DNA from: Octopus sinensis
Lineage: Eukaryota
Assembly (NCBI RefSeq): GCF_006345805.1
Contig: NC_043000.1
Coordinates: 109,802,001 to 109,866,000 of the forward strand
Direction: 5' to 3'
Length of the DNA: 64,000 nt
Shown: positions 12,091 through 25,100 of the stretch, piece by piece
How positions within the stretch are numbered: position 1 is the first letter of the stretch
How the letters are laid out: each line of letters begins with the position of its first letter
The notes under the pieces: model-generated
Database searches by the model: none
What the model saw: the letters and a program-made list of their open reading frames with translations, nothing else
Told to the model about the DNA's origin: nothing
Made by a program: the position numbers and the translations under genes

Positions 12091-15000
12091 AACAAGAAAA
12101 GATCTGAAGGAAAAAGGAAGGATACTGGTCAGTGTGTTATCTATATGAAACCAAGTCGCCCTTTCTTTAGCCATCAACTTTGGTTGATTGCTATGATTGA
12201 ATAGTATTTACATCTGGTATTAAAATTTGATATACATCAACATGTAAATATGGATGTATGTAAAGTGAACCAAGGCAAATAACTCTGACTGTATGAAGAT
12301 AATTCTAAATGGCTTAAAATTTGACTTTGAAATTGAGAAAATAAACAAAACCTTAGCAGCAAGTGTTGGCAACAAAGAACAAGGGAGATAATTGAAAGAA
12401 AGAATTAATTTCACTGAAACTTAGTTCTTTGTAAGCAGATGAGATGATGGTTTACAAACATGTTTCAGCCTTATTAGACCATTACACCTCATCAACAAAG
12501 TATTATTTCCAAGGTTTGCTTTGATCAATAAGCAGAGATTTTGTTAACCGAAAAAAGCAGAACTACTAAATTTTTTTAACCTCTATAATTAATGATATCA
12601 CAATTTTTTTCTTAAATGCTTATCCTCTGTCAGAACATGCTCTTCATTATATTCATCCTCTCCCTTTTGCTGAACTGCTAAGTTACAAGGATGTAAACAA
12701 ACCAACATTTGCCTCAGCATGGACTGTGGCCATGCTGGGGCACCACTTTGAAGGGTTTTAGTCAAACAAATCAACCCCAGTATTTATGTTATTTATAAGT
12801 TTGGTACTTATTCTACCAGTCTTTTTTGCTAAACCACTGAAGTATGGGGATGTAAACAAACCAACACCAGCTGTCAAGTAGCAGGGGATGACAAACACAC
12901 TGAAACGCACACACACAATAGGATTCCACACAGTTTCCATCTACCAAATTTATACACAATGCATTTGTCAGCCTAGATCTATTGTAGAAGACACCAAAAG
13001 TGTTGTGCAGTGAGGCAGAACCTGAAGCCATGTGGTTGCAAAGCTAGCAAAAGAAAAGGAGAAATGATTTTTTTTTTTTAAAGAATTAAGAATTTCAGAA
13101 TAATTCTGTGCAAAGTTGTCCCTTGAAAAAGCTTCCAGGTGCAACGCTTTGTGTTTGTTTTTATTTACAACCTCATCAATAATCAGTTCTTGCTCCAGTG
13201 TGCCACTTCCCATACATTCAACCCCTGGTGTCACCAGTTAATTTCACTGACACAAAAATAATCACACTAGTTTGACTTAATTCTAATTTGTTTGCTGAAG
13301 TTATAAACAATGGCCACAAATTCTTGTTAGATTCATTCATCCATAATAGTTTGAACTGAGGGTACACAACAATGTCAAAACAGTAGGTGTCCCAAAGTCC
13401 CCTTACATTAATGAGTTTAGTGTGTTATGAAGACACATTTGTCTGAAAGGAAAACTTGTTCTCCATCAATAAGATACACCAGCAATTAGCATAGTCATAT
13501 TTGAATTAATATGTAAGTCATCATTTTGATTCTCACCGTTCTCTCTGAATATAATGGTTTATTATTAGTTGGTAGATATCAGCTTGCATCAGCAGATAAT
13601 TTGTTTGCAGAAGTTATATACAAGGGTCACAATCTCTTAAATCTATTTGTCCAAGATAGCTTTGACTGAAGAGTTACAACCATGTCAAAACACCAGGTGT
13701 CCCAAAGTCCCCTTCTGCCAATAAATCAAGAGTGTTATGAACACAAATTTGTCGTAAAGGAGAAGTCGACACGAATCTACCAAAAATTAATTAAAGATCT
13801 ATAAATCATTATCATAATTATGTTTTGTTGCATATTAATTTTTTTAATTATTATTTTTGATTTTTATTCCCCTAGAACTTTATACTAGAGAATCGTGAAG
13901 AAGGTCATACCACTCTGAGTGATCTGAGCTCTGGTGATCTTTCAAGATTGCAATGTCTTGCTGTCATTGAATTGTCCATGCTGTTTGAACACTATGGCAT
14001 CCAGGATTGCCAGAGAAAAGGGAAAAAAACAACACGAGGTAACTGCAAGTTTTTTTTCATCCTTTTTGTTTTTCATTTGAATATTTTATTTTATAACTGT
14101 TGTTATACTGATGAATGTCAATGGTTAATTAATACCATTTTTAAATAAATCACCAAACTTTTACACCTTAATAAATATTTGTATGCATATTGTGGCCGTA
14201 GCCAACACCGCATCGACTGGCCTCCGTGCTGGTGGCACGTAACAAACACCATCCGATCGTGGCTGTGCCAGCCTCACCTGGCCTCCGTGCCGGTGGCACG
14301 TAAAAAGCACCCACTACACTCACGGAGTGGTTGGCGTTAGGAAGGGCATCCAGCTGTAGAAACACCGCCAGATCTGACTGGCCTGGTGCAGCCTTCGGGC
14401 ATCCCAGACCCCAGTTGAACCCTCCAACCCATGCTAGCATGGAAAGCGGACGTTAAACGATGATGATGATGATGATGCGGTTGTTCATTCGTTATGCAAA
14501 AGTGTTGTAAGTCCAAAACTTTGCTTTTTCAGAAATTGAAATAATAGTTTCACCATTCCATAGCAAAATCGTTGTATTAAACTTTGGCAATTTATCCACC
14601 ACACCCTGTATAAAGATAGATAGTTGAAGTCATAGGAATTTATAAACTTTTGACAGAATGTGAAATAATTCTAAGTGTCTTCTACTACAGCTCTAGACCA
14701 GCCAAAAAAATGAAACAAGCCTGTTGTGTGGATGTGTGTGAGGGGTCTATATATATATATATATAATTAAATGTATACATATATCTTTTTGTGTTGTCCC
14801 CTACCACTGCTTGAGAGCCAGTGTTGATTTCTTTATGTCCCCATAACTTAGCAGTTCATCAAAAAGAGACCAATAGAATAAGTACCTGATTAAGAATGTA
14901 AAAAGTACTGAGGTCAATTTGTTGACCAAACCCTCCAAGTTAGTGGCCCAACATGGCCACAGTCCAGTGACTGAAACGGGGAAAGAGTAAAAGATAAATG

Positions 15001-15179
15001 TGTGTGTGTGTGTGTGTGTGCGTGCATGTATATATATATATATATATATGGGTGCAGGCGTTGGTGTATGGTAAGAAGCTTGCTTCCCAACCACATGGTT
15101 CCAGGTTCAGTCCCAAAGCCTTGTGAGTGGACTTGGTTGAGGGAAACTAAAAGAAGGCAGTTTTTTTTTTTTTTGTGTG

Positions 15180-15210
<31 letters not shown>

Positions 15211-15405
15211 GTTAGTGTTAGTCCACCCTCCGTCACTTGACAACTGATGTTGGTGTGTTTACGTCCCCCGTAACTTAGTGGTTTGACAAAAGAGACTGAC
15301 AGAATAAGTACTAGGCTTACAAAGAATAAGTCCTGGGGTTGATTTGTTCGACTACAGGCGATGCTCCAAAATGGCCACAGTCAAACAACTGAAGCAAATA
15401 AAAGA

Positions 15406-15452
<47 letters not shown>

Positions 15453-18400
15453 CACACACACACACATATATATATATACATTCTTATAGTTAGATAAATC
15501 ATTTCATTTATTAATTTTTTTCCAAGTGTGGATTTTGATATGAAGGACATGTAAAAGGCCCCACTATTATTATTATTCTACGATTGTTGTATGAATTAGG
15601 AAATTTCAAAGGTCAATGAGTGAATTTGTTACAAGATAAAAATCAGATTTAGTTTGTAATGTCTTAAAAGAAAAAAAATCCCTTACTTCCAGCTGGAAAT
15701 AAACAGACCCATCATAAAAAACCCAACACCCAAAGTGGGGAAAAGCGTATAATTGACCTCATTGCTGTACACCCAGCAACAATGCTGTCACCTTGTCCAG
15801 AAATACCAGGTAGTGTGGAGCATGTTTCTCTGCAGAAACAACCCAGTTGCATGGATACCTGCAGTCTTGAATGTTTTTTTAGTTGACACAAAATACACTG
15901 ATGCCCCACAACTACCCTTTAAAAAAATATTAAATGATAACCCCCTTTTTTTAAAAATTTATTTGGCTTCTGTGCATTTTTAAAATTACAAGTTAGTTGT
16001 TTAGTCTCACAACAGTCTTGGGCTGTTGTTGAGGTTTTTTTTTTTTTTGCTTTAGTTTTCCCACAAAAAAAGCAGAAAGAAAAAATTTGCTATGGCCATG
16101 TCATCTAATCCATCATATTTTTTCTTCTCATGCCTCACAACTTTGCTTTACTCCCTAACAATACAGCGTTCAGAAAATAATCTTAGACTTCTTAATATTT
16201 ATTCATAAAGTTTATTCACAATATTTCCTAACAAAATACCTATTTCCCTCAGCCAAACTCATGCTCTTCCTGCCATTAATTTATAGAAGAAGCATTTAGA
16301 AAGGAATGTAAAAAAACTTATTTCCTGCATCTTGTTTTAAAACAATGACGTGTCATTGTATGTGTTTCAAGTTGACTTTAAAAAAAGTACTTTGCAGAAA
16401 CAAAATGTTATGTTTTGGCTGTTAATTTTGGTGACAAATTTCTCTTCACAGAAGCAATTTTGATAAATTTGGTTTTGCTGTTTATTCTATTTTATTTGTC
16501 ATCTTTGAGTTGAGACTGAATTCGCTGTTGCAGTAACTTTGGCTATCACAGTTAATCCCCCAGAGCTTCATATTGAAAAACTAACAAAGCCAGAGTGATC
16601 CTGTATTGCCCAAAGAATGGTTAGAAATACATTTGATCTTATTCTATGGCATATCTACATCTTGGACATTGAAACGAACCAAAGTGTAGCTCAGCAGTAT
16701 ATACTCTGATTCCCAAATTCCATGCTGCCCTTGAGCTCTTTGGCATTATATGTGCTGAAGAAAATTCAAAGTTTCACAATTATTTTTAGATTGAAGGAGA
16801 GATCATTTTAGATTTAAAGGAGAGAATATTTTTAGATTTAAAGGAGAGATCATACAACCCAACATAGCCACAGTCTGATATTTGAAACCAGTAAAAGATT
16901 AACAAAAATATATTTAATAACCATATTCTGTGTATCGTCAGTGTTGCCATTCTATTTAAAATTCTAACTTCTAATCTTGTCATGATTTATCAGAAGTGAT
17001 TATCTCCCTTGATATAATTGCCATCAGGGAGCACCACATGTTTAAATTTTCCATTTTATTGATGACCAATAAATATGGTCAGATTTCGAGACCCACATTA
17101 TATATGCCAGAATAAAAAATGTGCTGGGTTTGTAAAGCTCACAAATCCTTCCAAGGGGACTTACGACGGAAAAAGCATGACCTTTTACATTTATTATTGC
17201 TAGAGGGTTAAAGGATGCATCTTGTGTGTCAACATTCAATAATTGTCTTGCTTAATTAAAGGAATTTCTGATGTTGCTAAAATATTACTGACCATAATCC
17301 ATATTGTTCCTTGTTCCATTTTGTATTCCAGAATGGAGAATATTATTGATCATTGAATTTTGCATAATGCCTTGGAATGCTAGACTGCTTAACCTATTTC
17401 CTTGCCCCAAAATATTTTGGTCCCTCTTTAACTTGTACAGGTATTTGTCAGAATGACTGTGTTCAACTGATATGAAATTATTTATTGAGAGTGGTGAGGT
17501 AAGAGTAAAGAAAAAAGAGTGAAACAGCAAAAATGTTTGCCCAGTGTGTGTGTATGTGTGTATTGCCTAAAACCACCTTAGTAAAGCTTGTCCATGAGGG
17601 TCTCTGCTCCATCAACCTTCTCCCCCATCCACATTTCATCCCCTAACACCCATCACTTCCTCTATCACCTGAGAGCAGAATATACCCAAACTACACCCCA
17701 CTGGCTTTCTTAGTTACCTTTACTCCCCACCCCCAGTTACCTTCTTCCCCTGCCTATTGTTACCTTCTTCTACCAATCACCTCTTTTCTGCCCCTTCTTT
17801 CCCTTCTGCTCTCCATCACCAACTCCTCTCTTGACTCTCTCACATATTTCCTGCTCATGTTTCTCTCCATCATTTGCTACAGTCTCCTCATTCTGCCCAC
17901 CCACTCAGCCCAAGCCTTTATATCACCTCACCACCTCCAATGTCCCTCAAGGGCATATTCCAACATATCCCTGCCGTCATCTCTCTCCCCACCGCTCCCT
18001 TTATCTTACTCTCCATCTTACCCTTATTTTCCAGCTGCATGACACCTATATTTGTCTCCTCCATGCCTTAAATCTCTCAACTGGCACAAATCCATACCTG
18101 CTCAATACTACCCCCCACCTCCAAGTTGAGAGGGTTTTGTCCTGCAAGGTACTTGGTGATCTTGTCAGTGTTGGTACCATGCAAAAACCACAGGTGATGA
18201 TGTCACATAAAAAGCACAGGTGATGGTACCACATAAAAAGCTCTGCATGGTGGTTGGCATTAGGAAGAGTATGCAGCTGTAGAAACCATGCCGGCACCAT
18301 CAGATAGAATTTTATCCAATTTACAGCCACCATTCTCATGCTGAAGTGCGTGTCTTTTACAGGTACAAGTATGATCGTTGCAACCTCCAAAAATGTCACC

Positions 18401-19112
18401 AAATCATTTAACTGCTCAAGAACAACACTGCGAGATTTAATTGAGATTTTGGTATTAAAAAAAACAAAAACATTATATCTGCATAGAGAATACATATGGT
18501 TAAGATCCTTGGAAACTGGTGAGGAAGGGTATCTGGCTGTAGAAAATCCATCCCAGTATATTCCATCTGACCCATGAAAGCATAGAAAATTACAAGTCCC
18601 CCTCCAGTCCAGTAGTTATCAGGATGAAGGATTTGTATGAAGTTCTTCATTTCTTTTCCCACAGATCATGGAGTGTTTGGTGTTGCTTTGCAAACACAGT
18701 TGGAAAATGACCAGAAGCGATATCCACACTTAGCAGTGCCTTTATTCTTCCAGCAGGTAAGTTCCAAAATACAGCAGGAAATTGGTACAAGTGACTGACA
18801 GAATGCCTTTATGCGTACAAGATTCAAATTCCATTAATGTCAACTTCACCTTTCATTCTTTTGGCAGTTGACAAACAAGATACTAGTCTATTACTGGGAT
18901 TGTTATTTCTCTCTCTCTCTCTTACTCTCCCTCCTTGACTCCCTTGTTGCTCACACATGACCAGCGGCTATCTGTCTTTCTTTCTTCCACTTCCTTCAGA
19001 ATTACCCAGTACTATCGGAAGTAGTACTATATATTTCCAAGTTTAAATTTGGGCATTTTATATCCTGACTCCAATTTCACATATATCCATCCATCTCTCT
19101 TTTCCCTCCTCT

Positions 19113-19165
<53 letters not shown>

Positions 19166-22100
19166 CCTCTCTCTCTCTCACCCATCTCGAGCTGTAAAAG
19201 CAATTGCAATGGAAGTGTTCCAACCCATGCAGTCACAGGAATCTGGATGTAAAGCAGCAAAAAAGGAAACCATTTTCTTTTCTGTCATATTCTCTATTCT
19301 TGTTCTGCTTTGCATAATTTTCAGTGATTTTTACTTTTTTTTTTCTGCTTTTAGTTGATAGATTTTCTAACAATCTATGGTGTCCATGTTGAAGGAATCC
19401 TTAGAATACCAGGAGCCACCAGCAGAATTAAGGTAAATTATATTTCAAAAATGATGCTGTATCGTCTTTAAAGTTTTGTTTCATTCTAAATATTTCAGAA
19501 TAATGTACAGTGATTGTATTAGTTTGAAATAACAAACTGCATAGATATCGGCATGGCCGTTTGGTTAAGAAGCTCGCTCTTCGACCATGTTGTCTTGGGG
19601 AAAACATAACTGTCAAATGAATGTTTTCTCCTAAGAATGTTCTCCATAATATATTATTTTATTTCCATACAAATCAACATGTTATACGTAGGAACAATCA
19701 GTAACCAAACTCTGGTAACATAGAAATAAATTGATATCAAATAGGTAAAAAAAAAAGTTACAAAACCATATTAAAACTTCAAATGTTTAGCATTTAAACC
19801 AGTCATGTTTGGCCCTTATAGTCTCCCCGTTTTATGTCCAAACTGGCTGGATTCAACCTCTTACACTTCCCCTACAATGCCATTCCAAAAATAAACAATC
19901 ACATCATTGAAATCTCAAATCTACAACATAAACCTGGATTAATTGAAAACAATGGGAATAAATAAAGATTAGCAATTAACAGAGAGTAATGGGAATGTCA
20001 AAAGGGTTAAACGCTGTGGAAGTTCTTTATATTTTTTTCACTTAACATATTTCTTCTCTCCAGATTCTTCGGAATGACTTGGAAGAACAGTTCTATCAAG
20101 GGAGATTTGATTGGAGGAATATGTTACCGAATGATGCTTCTGCTCTCCTGAAACAGTTTCTTCGAGATTTACCAGATCCACTCCTCACAAACAAATATCG
20201 GGAATCTTTTGTTAATGTACAATGTAAGACCGCTAATTACTTCCCTTCGTGTTCACATGCACGTGTGTGTGTGTGTGTGTATGTGTGTTCATAAAATAGT
20301 TCAATACACTTTAATAATACTAAGAAAATTTTGAAAAATATTGATTTCTTTAGGTTAGATGCTAGACCAATTTTTATACAGGATAAATGTTTGTGTATAT
20401 CTATTAAATATAAGGTTGGATCAAAAGTGCATACCATTGGTTAAATAAAATTCAAAAACAATATTTAGATATTACGGAGATGTACTTGCATAGCAAGTAA
20501 CCTGATCTGAGATTATGTGCTGGAACGAAAACAATTGCAGCGTGGAAGGTGTTTATAAGCCATTTTGACAAATTAAATTTAAATGTTGAAGTGAATCTAA
20601 AGGTTTTTGTGTGTTTCTTAAATATTTAGATATTTGTACACATATTTAATCATGTATGTCCCATTTTGTCCTGCTACCTTCCCCAGTCTTTGAGGCAGCT
20701 GCATGATTTTTATCCTCTCAGAACTTGGCATCTTTCTGCATCATGAACTTGTCAAAGTGGTTTTTACAGTCTTCCAAAAAATTGAAGTTCTTCTCATTGA
20801 TAGAATTTTGTGTGAATCAGAATAAATGCTAATCTGAAGGTGAACGATCAGGTGGGTGTGGTGGGACATCCCAGCCAAGTTGTACCAATTTTTGGTAGGT
20901 CTGCAACGAAGCATTAGGTCTAACATTGATTGAGAGGCCAATTTTGGACATTTTTCCTTGATTACCTCCTTTAACCATTCTAATTGGGAACAATAATTGT
21001 CTGATTTTGCAGAGCAAACTCATAATACACAATTCCTTTCCAATCCCACCAGATAGATAGATTCAGCTTTGGTTACTAACCAAACTTTGGAGTGATTAAA
21101 GGTCATTCATCTCATTTTCTTTGGTACTTTTCTCATTCCGCATTATTCTAAAGAATCCATTTTTCATCAGCTGTAATCATTTTCTTCAAAAATGGATCAT
21201 TTTTGTTGCATTTGAGCAGAGAATCACTGATGGAAATGCAGTCCTTTAAATTCTTCTTCCATTAACTTAAACCATCCAAGCATCATAATAATTTGCATAT
21301 CCAACTGCTTTTAAATGCCTTATAACACTTATATGAGATCTGTGGAATATTTCTGCAGTGTCTCATGTCATGTGACCTGGATTATTTTTCAATTAGCATT
21401 TCAATTTGACCTTCATCTTCGGGATGATTTTAACTTCTAAGCCTAACAACCCACTTCCAAACAACCCTCTCAGTTCTAGCACCGTCTCCATAAACGGCAC
21501 AGATCTTCTTTGTTATTTGTACAATAATTTTTCCTTTCTAGAAATTAAAGAACATCGAATGACAAAAATGTATCTTATTTTCCTCCGTTTTCACATTTAA
21601 TGTAAAAATGGTAGACATAAAATATTCACAACAGTAATGCTATGGAAAGACATGTGGAAATGTGACCTTTCAGAAAATATGTCCTTTGTTTCTGTTACGT
21701 GAGAAATGAAATCATGTTTAAATGCGACCAGCTGAAAAATGGTATCAACTTTTGTTCCAACCCCGAAACTGAGAACATATGGAAATGTATGCATTAATAA
21801 CATCAAGCTCAGGCTTGCTTTGGGGTACAGTCCCACTGTGGGATAACCTTGGGCAAGTATTTTCTACCAGCCAAAGCCTTGTGAGTGGATTTAGTTGACA
21901 GAGACTGAAAGGAGACTGTCATTGTATGTATGTGTGTGTGTGTGTGTGTGTATTTGTGTGTGTTTCCTTGTTTTGACATCATACATTAGTTGTAAGCAAG
22001 TATCACCATAATATAAATGGTGTTATTTGTTTTAAATTTTCCACAAAAACCTGTCTGGCCCTTGCTAAAACCTACCTCAACCAATTCTTTGCCTGAACCA

Positions 22101-25100
22101 TGCAAGCGTGGAAAAGTGAATGTTAGAGCAATGATGATGAGACAGGTTGTGTGGGAGAAAAAGGAAGGAGTCCCAACTCGTGCTTTTCTTCTTACTGCAC
22201 CAATTCCTCAATAAACTAAATTTTGATGCCATTTTCTACCATTTAAACTTTTTTTTTCTCAAGCCCTTGAACTTCTAAACCTGGTTACTGAAAATACAGT
22301 AATTTTCTGAATGGGATGCTGATCCATTGCAGGGCTCAAGGCCAGCAATTTTGAGGGTAGGAGTCAAGTTGACTAGATTGACTCAAGTACTTGACCGCTA
22401 CTTCATTTTATTGACCTCCAAACAGATGAAATGCAAAGTTGACCTCAGTGGAATTCAGAATATTTTGTTTGACTTGTTAAGGATTTTGCAGGCTTACCAC
22501 CTCATTAAACCCTTTCGTTTCTGTATTTCTGTTGAAATGTTCTGTGTTTCTTTCAATTAATTTTAACAAAGAATTTAGTAAAATAACTTAGTTATCATTC
22601 AGCTAGTGTTAGGAACATAAATTGTGACTAAGGTTTGGTGGAAGATTTTAATTCAAAACTTATGAAAACAAGACATTTGTACTCAGAGCCAGAGCTGGTT
22701 TCAGCCAGGTTGGTTCATGCCTTAGTTAGTTGACTTCTGATTTATTGTAGTCAAACCAATAATCACTTTCCAAACACCCTACAACATACACACAAACACT
22801 CACACACACATATACAGACAAGTTGACTTTGTCTATTCTGATTTCTCTCTCTCTCACTCACACACACACACACATTGTCTGCCTTTTTCAAACTCTGAAT
22901 TATTCTCTGTTGATATTTATTTGTGGCTCTTGTCTCAAACCGTTTCCTAACTTTCTGTTTTATATTTTTCCAGTCATCCCCAACCTCCGGGATCAACTGA
23001 AAGCTCTGAATCTCCTGTTCATGGTCTTACCTGATGCTCACAGAAACTCACTTATGGTCAGTATTCTATAGGGATTCTGGGTTTCTTTTTTTTCTTCTTA
23101 CATTTTCTTTGTTCTTAAGATGAAGTTGAACTATATTGTACACTTGTTAGTTTTACAGTGATCCCACTACTGCTTTTTACAGCATTAATATATTCCTAAC
23201 AGAGAGATATATACAGTGTGATTCAGAGGGATCTGTCTCTGTTTAAAAAAAAGTTAAGATAAGGTTAATAAGTAGAAATCAACATTTATTGATGGACAGG
23301 AATCAATAAATAAATGCCACATTTGCAAGCATGTAAGACATGCTTTTTCTATTTTCAAATGTATATAAAAAGAAAATTGACCTGCATCTAATGTGACTGT
23401 ATTACAAATGAGAGACCCAGTGTCATAGGTACAATAATTGTTACTAATAATAAAATAGAGAAAACCAACCAAAATATTGTTGTTTGGACAAACTTATAAA
23501 AAAATACTTCCATTACATTGTGAAGAGATCACATCATCTCATTTATACCTTGTTTCCCAGCAGACATAATCTACACCTGATATGTATCTTATGTTATTTA
23601 ATGACAGTATTACCTTTAAGAAACAAATTTTTAATTATTTAAATAAAAAATTGTCCTAGAAAAATGTTAAAGTCTCATTTGCCTGTCCGCTATTTGCAAT
23701 GAGTGGATGACAACAAAACCACAGCAGTGGTCTGCCACCCTGGGGTCCAATTGCAGTAACACATAACCTCATAGCCAGAAATATGAGTTTTACATTCTCT
23801 ATGATGATTCTCTGGACCAAAATATAAACAACTACACAGTTGATCTGGAAGAATATTAGATTCAATATTCGTATAACGTTTAGTTGTGGTAAAATTATGG
23901 TTTCACACTTTATTCCAAAACACTGTCAGAGTATTGTATTTCCATACACAGAATCATCCATTTTCTTCTATAAAACCATTTTAAAATCTCTTTCAACAAA
24001 TATATGATGAAACATTAAATTTGCTTTTTATTTTTCCCTAAGATACAGCTGTAAAATAATGGTGCATCTTATACATCAGCAAAGGTAGCGAACTGGCCGG
24101 GTCAGACCCTCGGACAAAATGCCTTGTAGTATTTATTCTGACACTTTATATTCTGGGTTCAAACCATATCAAGGTCGACTTTGTCTTTCCTCCTTCCAGG
24201 ATTGATAAGCAGTCTGGACTGATGATCTATCAGAACCATTTGAGCATCACACGTGATGCCATATTCTGTCTAGTGCTTTGCATTCTGAGTTCAAATCTCA
24301 CCATTGCCTGTATGAGTGATAGACTTATGTCACCACCTCGTAGCACCTTGGGGGCCTTTAGCAGGGGCCACTCTGCTGCAAGTATTCAGGCCTGATCTTC
24401 AATGTCAAGATCTCTCCCCCTTTATTTCCTTCCCACCACTTTCAGAGGTCCTCTAAAGGGTCAGGTGCACTGCCTCTTCTAAGATAAAGAAATATAAATG
24501 AATAAATATTTCAATGACTGTTCAATATTTAAGATTTCTTTCCACAATATCATTTATCTTACTCATAAGCCTCCTGAAGAAGGTCACTCACAGACATCCG
24601 CAACAAACACAGATTAGATGAAGCTCTTCAGCTCTTTAACTGCTCGTCTAAGAGAAGGTAAATCCATAGAAATCTTGCATCCTCTTAACTTCTGGGCTCA
24701 TGGCACTTGTTGCCCCGGACCAATGCAAGTTTGAAGGACAGAGATTGAGACTGGCTCTGCACAAACCATGACCAATATAATAATAATTTTCATTGTACAG
24801 GTTGTTCAGCAAACATTAGCATCAAACAGCATCACATTTTATTCAAAAATCCAGTTGTGATAGGAAAGCAGGCAACAACATCATCATCATCATCATCGTT
24901 TAACGTCCACTTTCCATGCTAGCACGGGTTGGATGGTTCCACCGGGGCCTGGGAAGCCAGGAGGCTGCACCAGGCAACAGTCTGATCTGGCAGTGTTTCT
25001 ACAGCTGGATGCCCTACCTAAAGCCAACCACTCCGTGAGTGTAGTGGGTGCTCTTTATGTGCCACCAGCACAGGTGCCAGGGGAGGCTGACAGTGGCCAT

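Noticed and set aside
13284-13765. Mitochondrial insertion (shared TGA read as Trp)
   Set aside because: No resemblance to any mitochondrial protein, rRNA or tRNA that I recognise
14168-14440. ORFs containing LQLDALP / VVGAFYVPP (also 24933, 28140, 39346, 39891, 63497 and others)
   Set aside because: Recurrent translations of SINE-like family B, not genes
19403-19405. Idea that A-to-I editing of the arginine-finger codon AGA to GGA switches off the GAP
   Set aside because: No nearby complementary sequence found; nothing in the DNA supports it without RNA data
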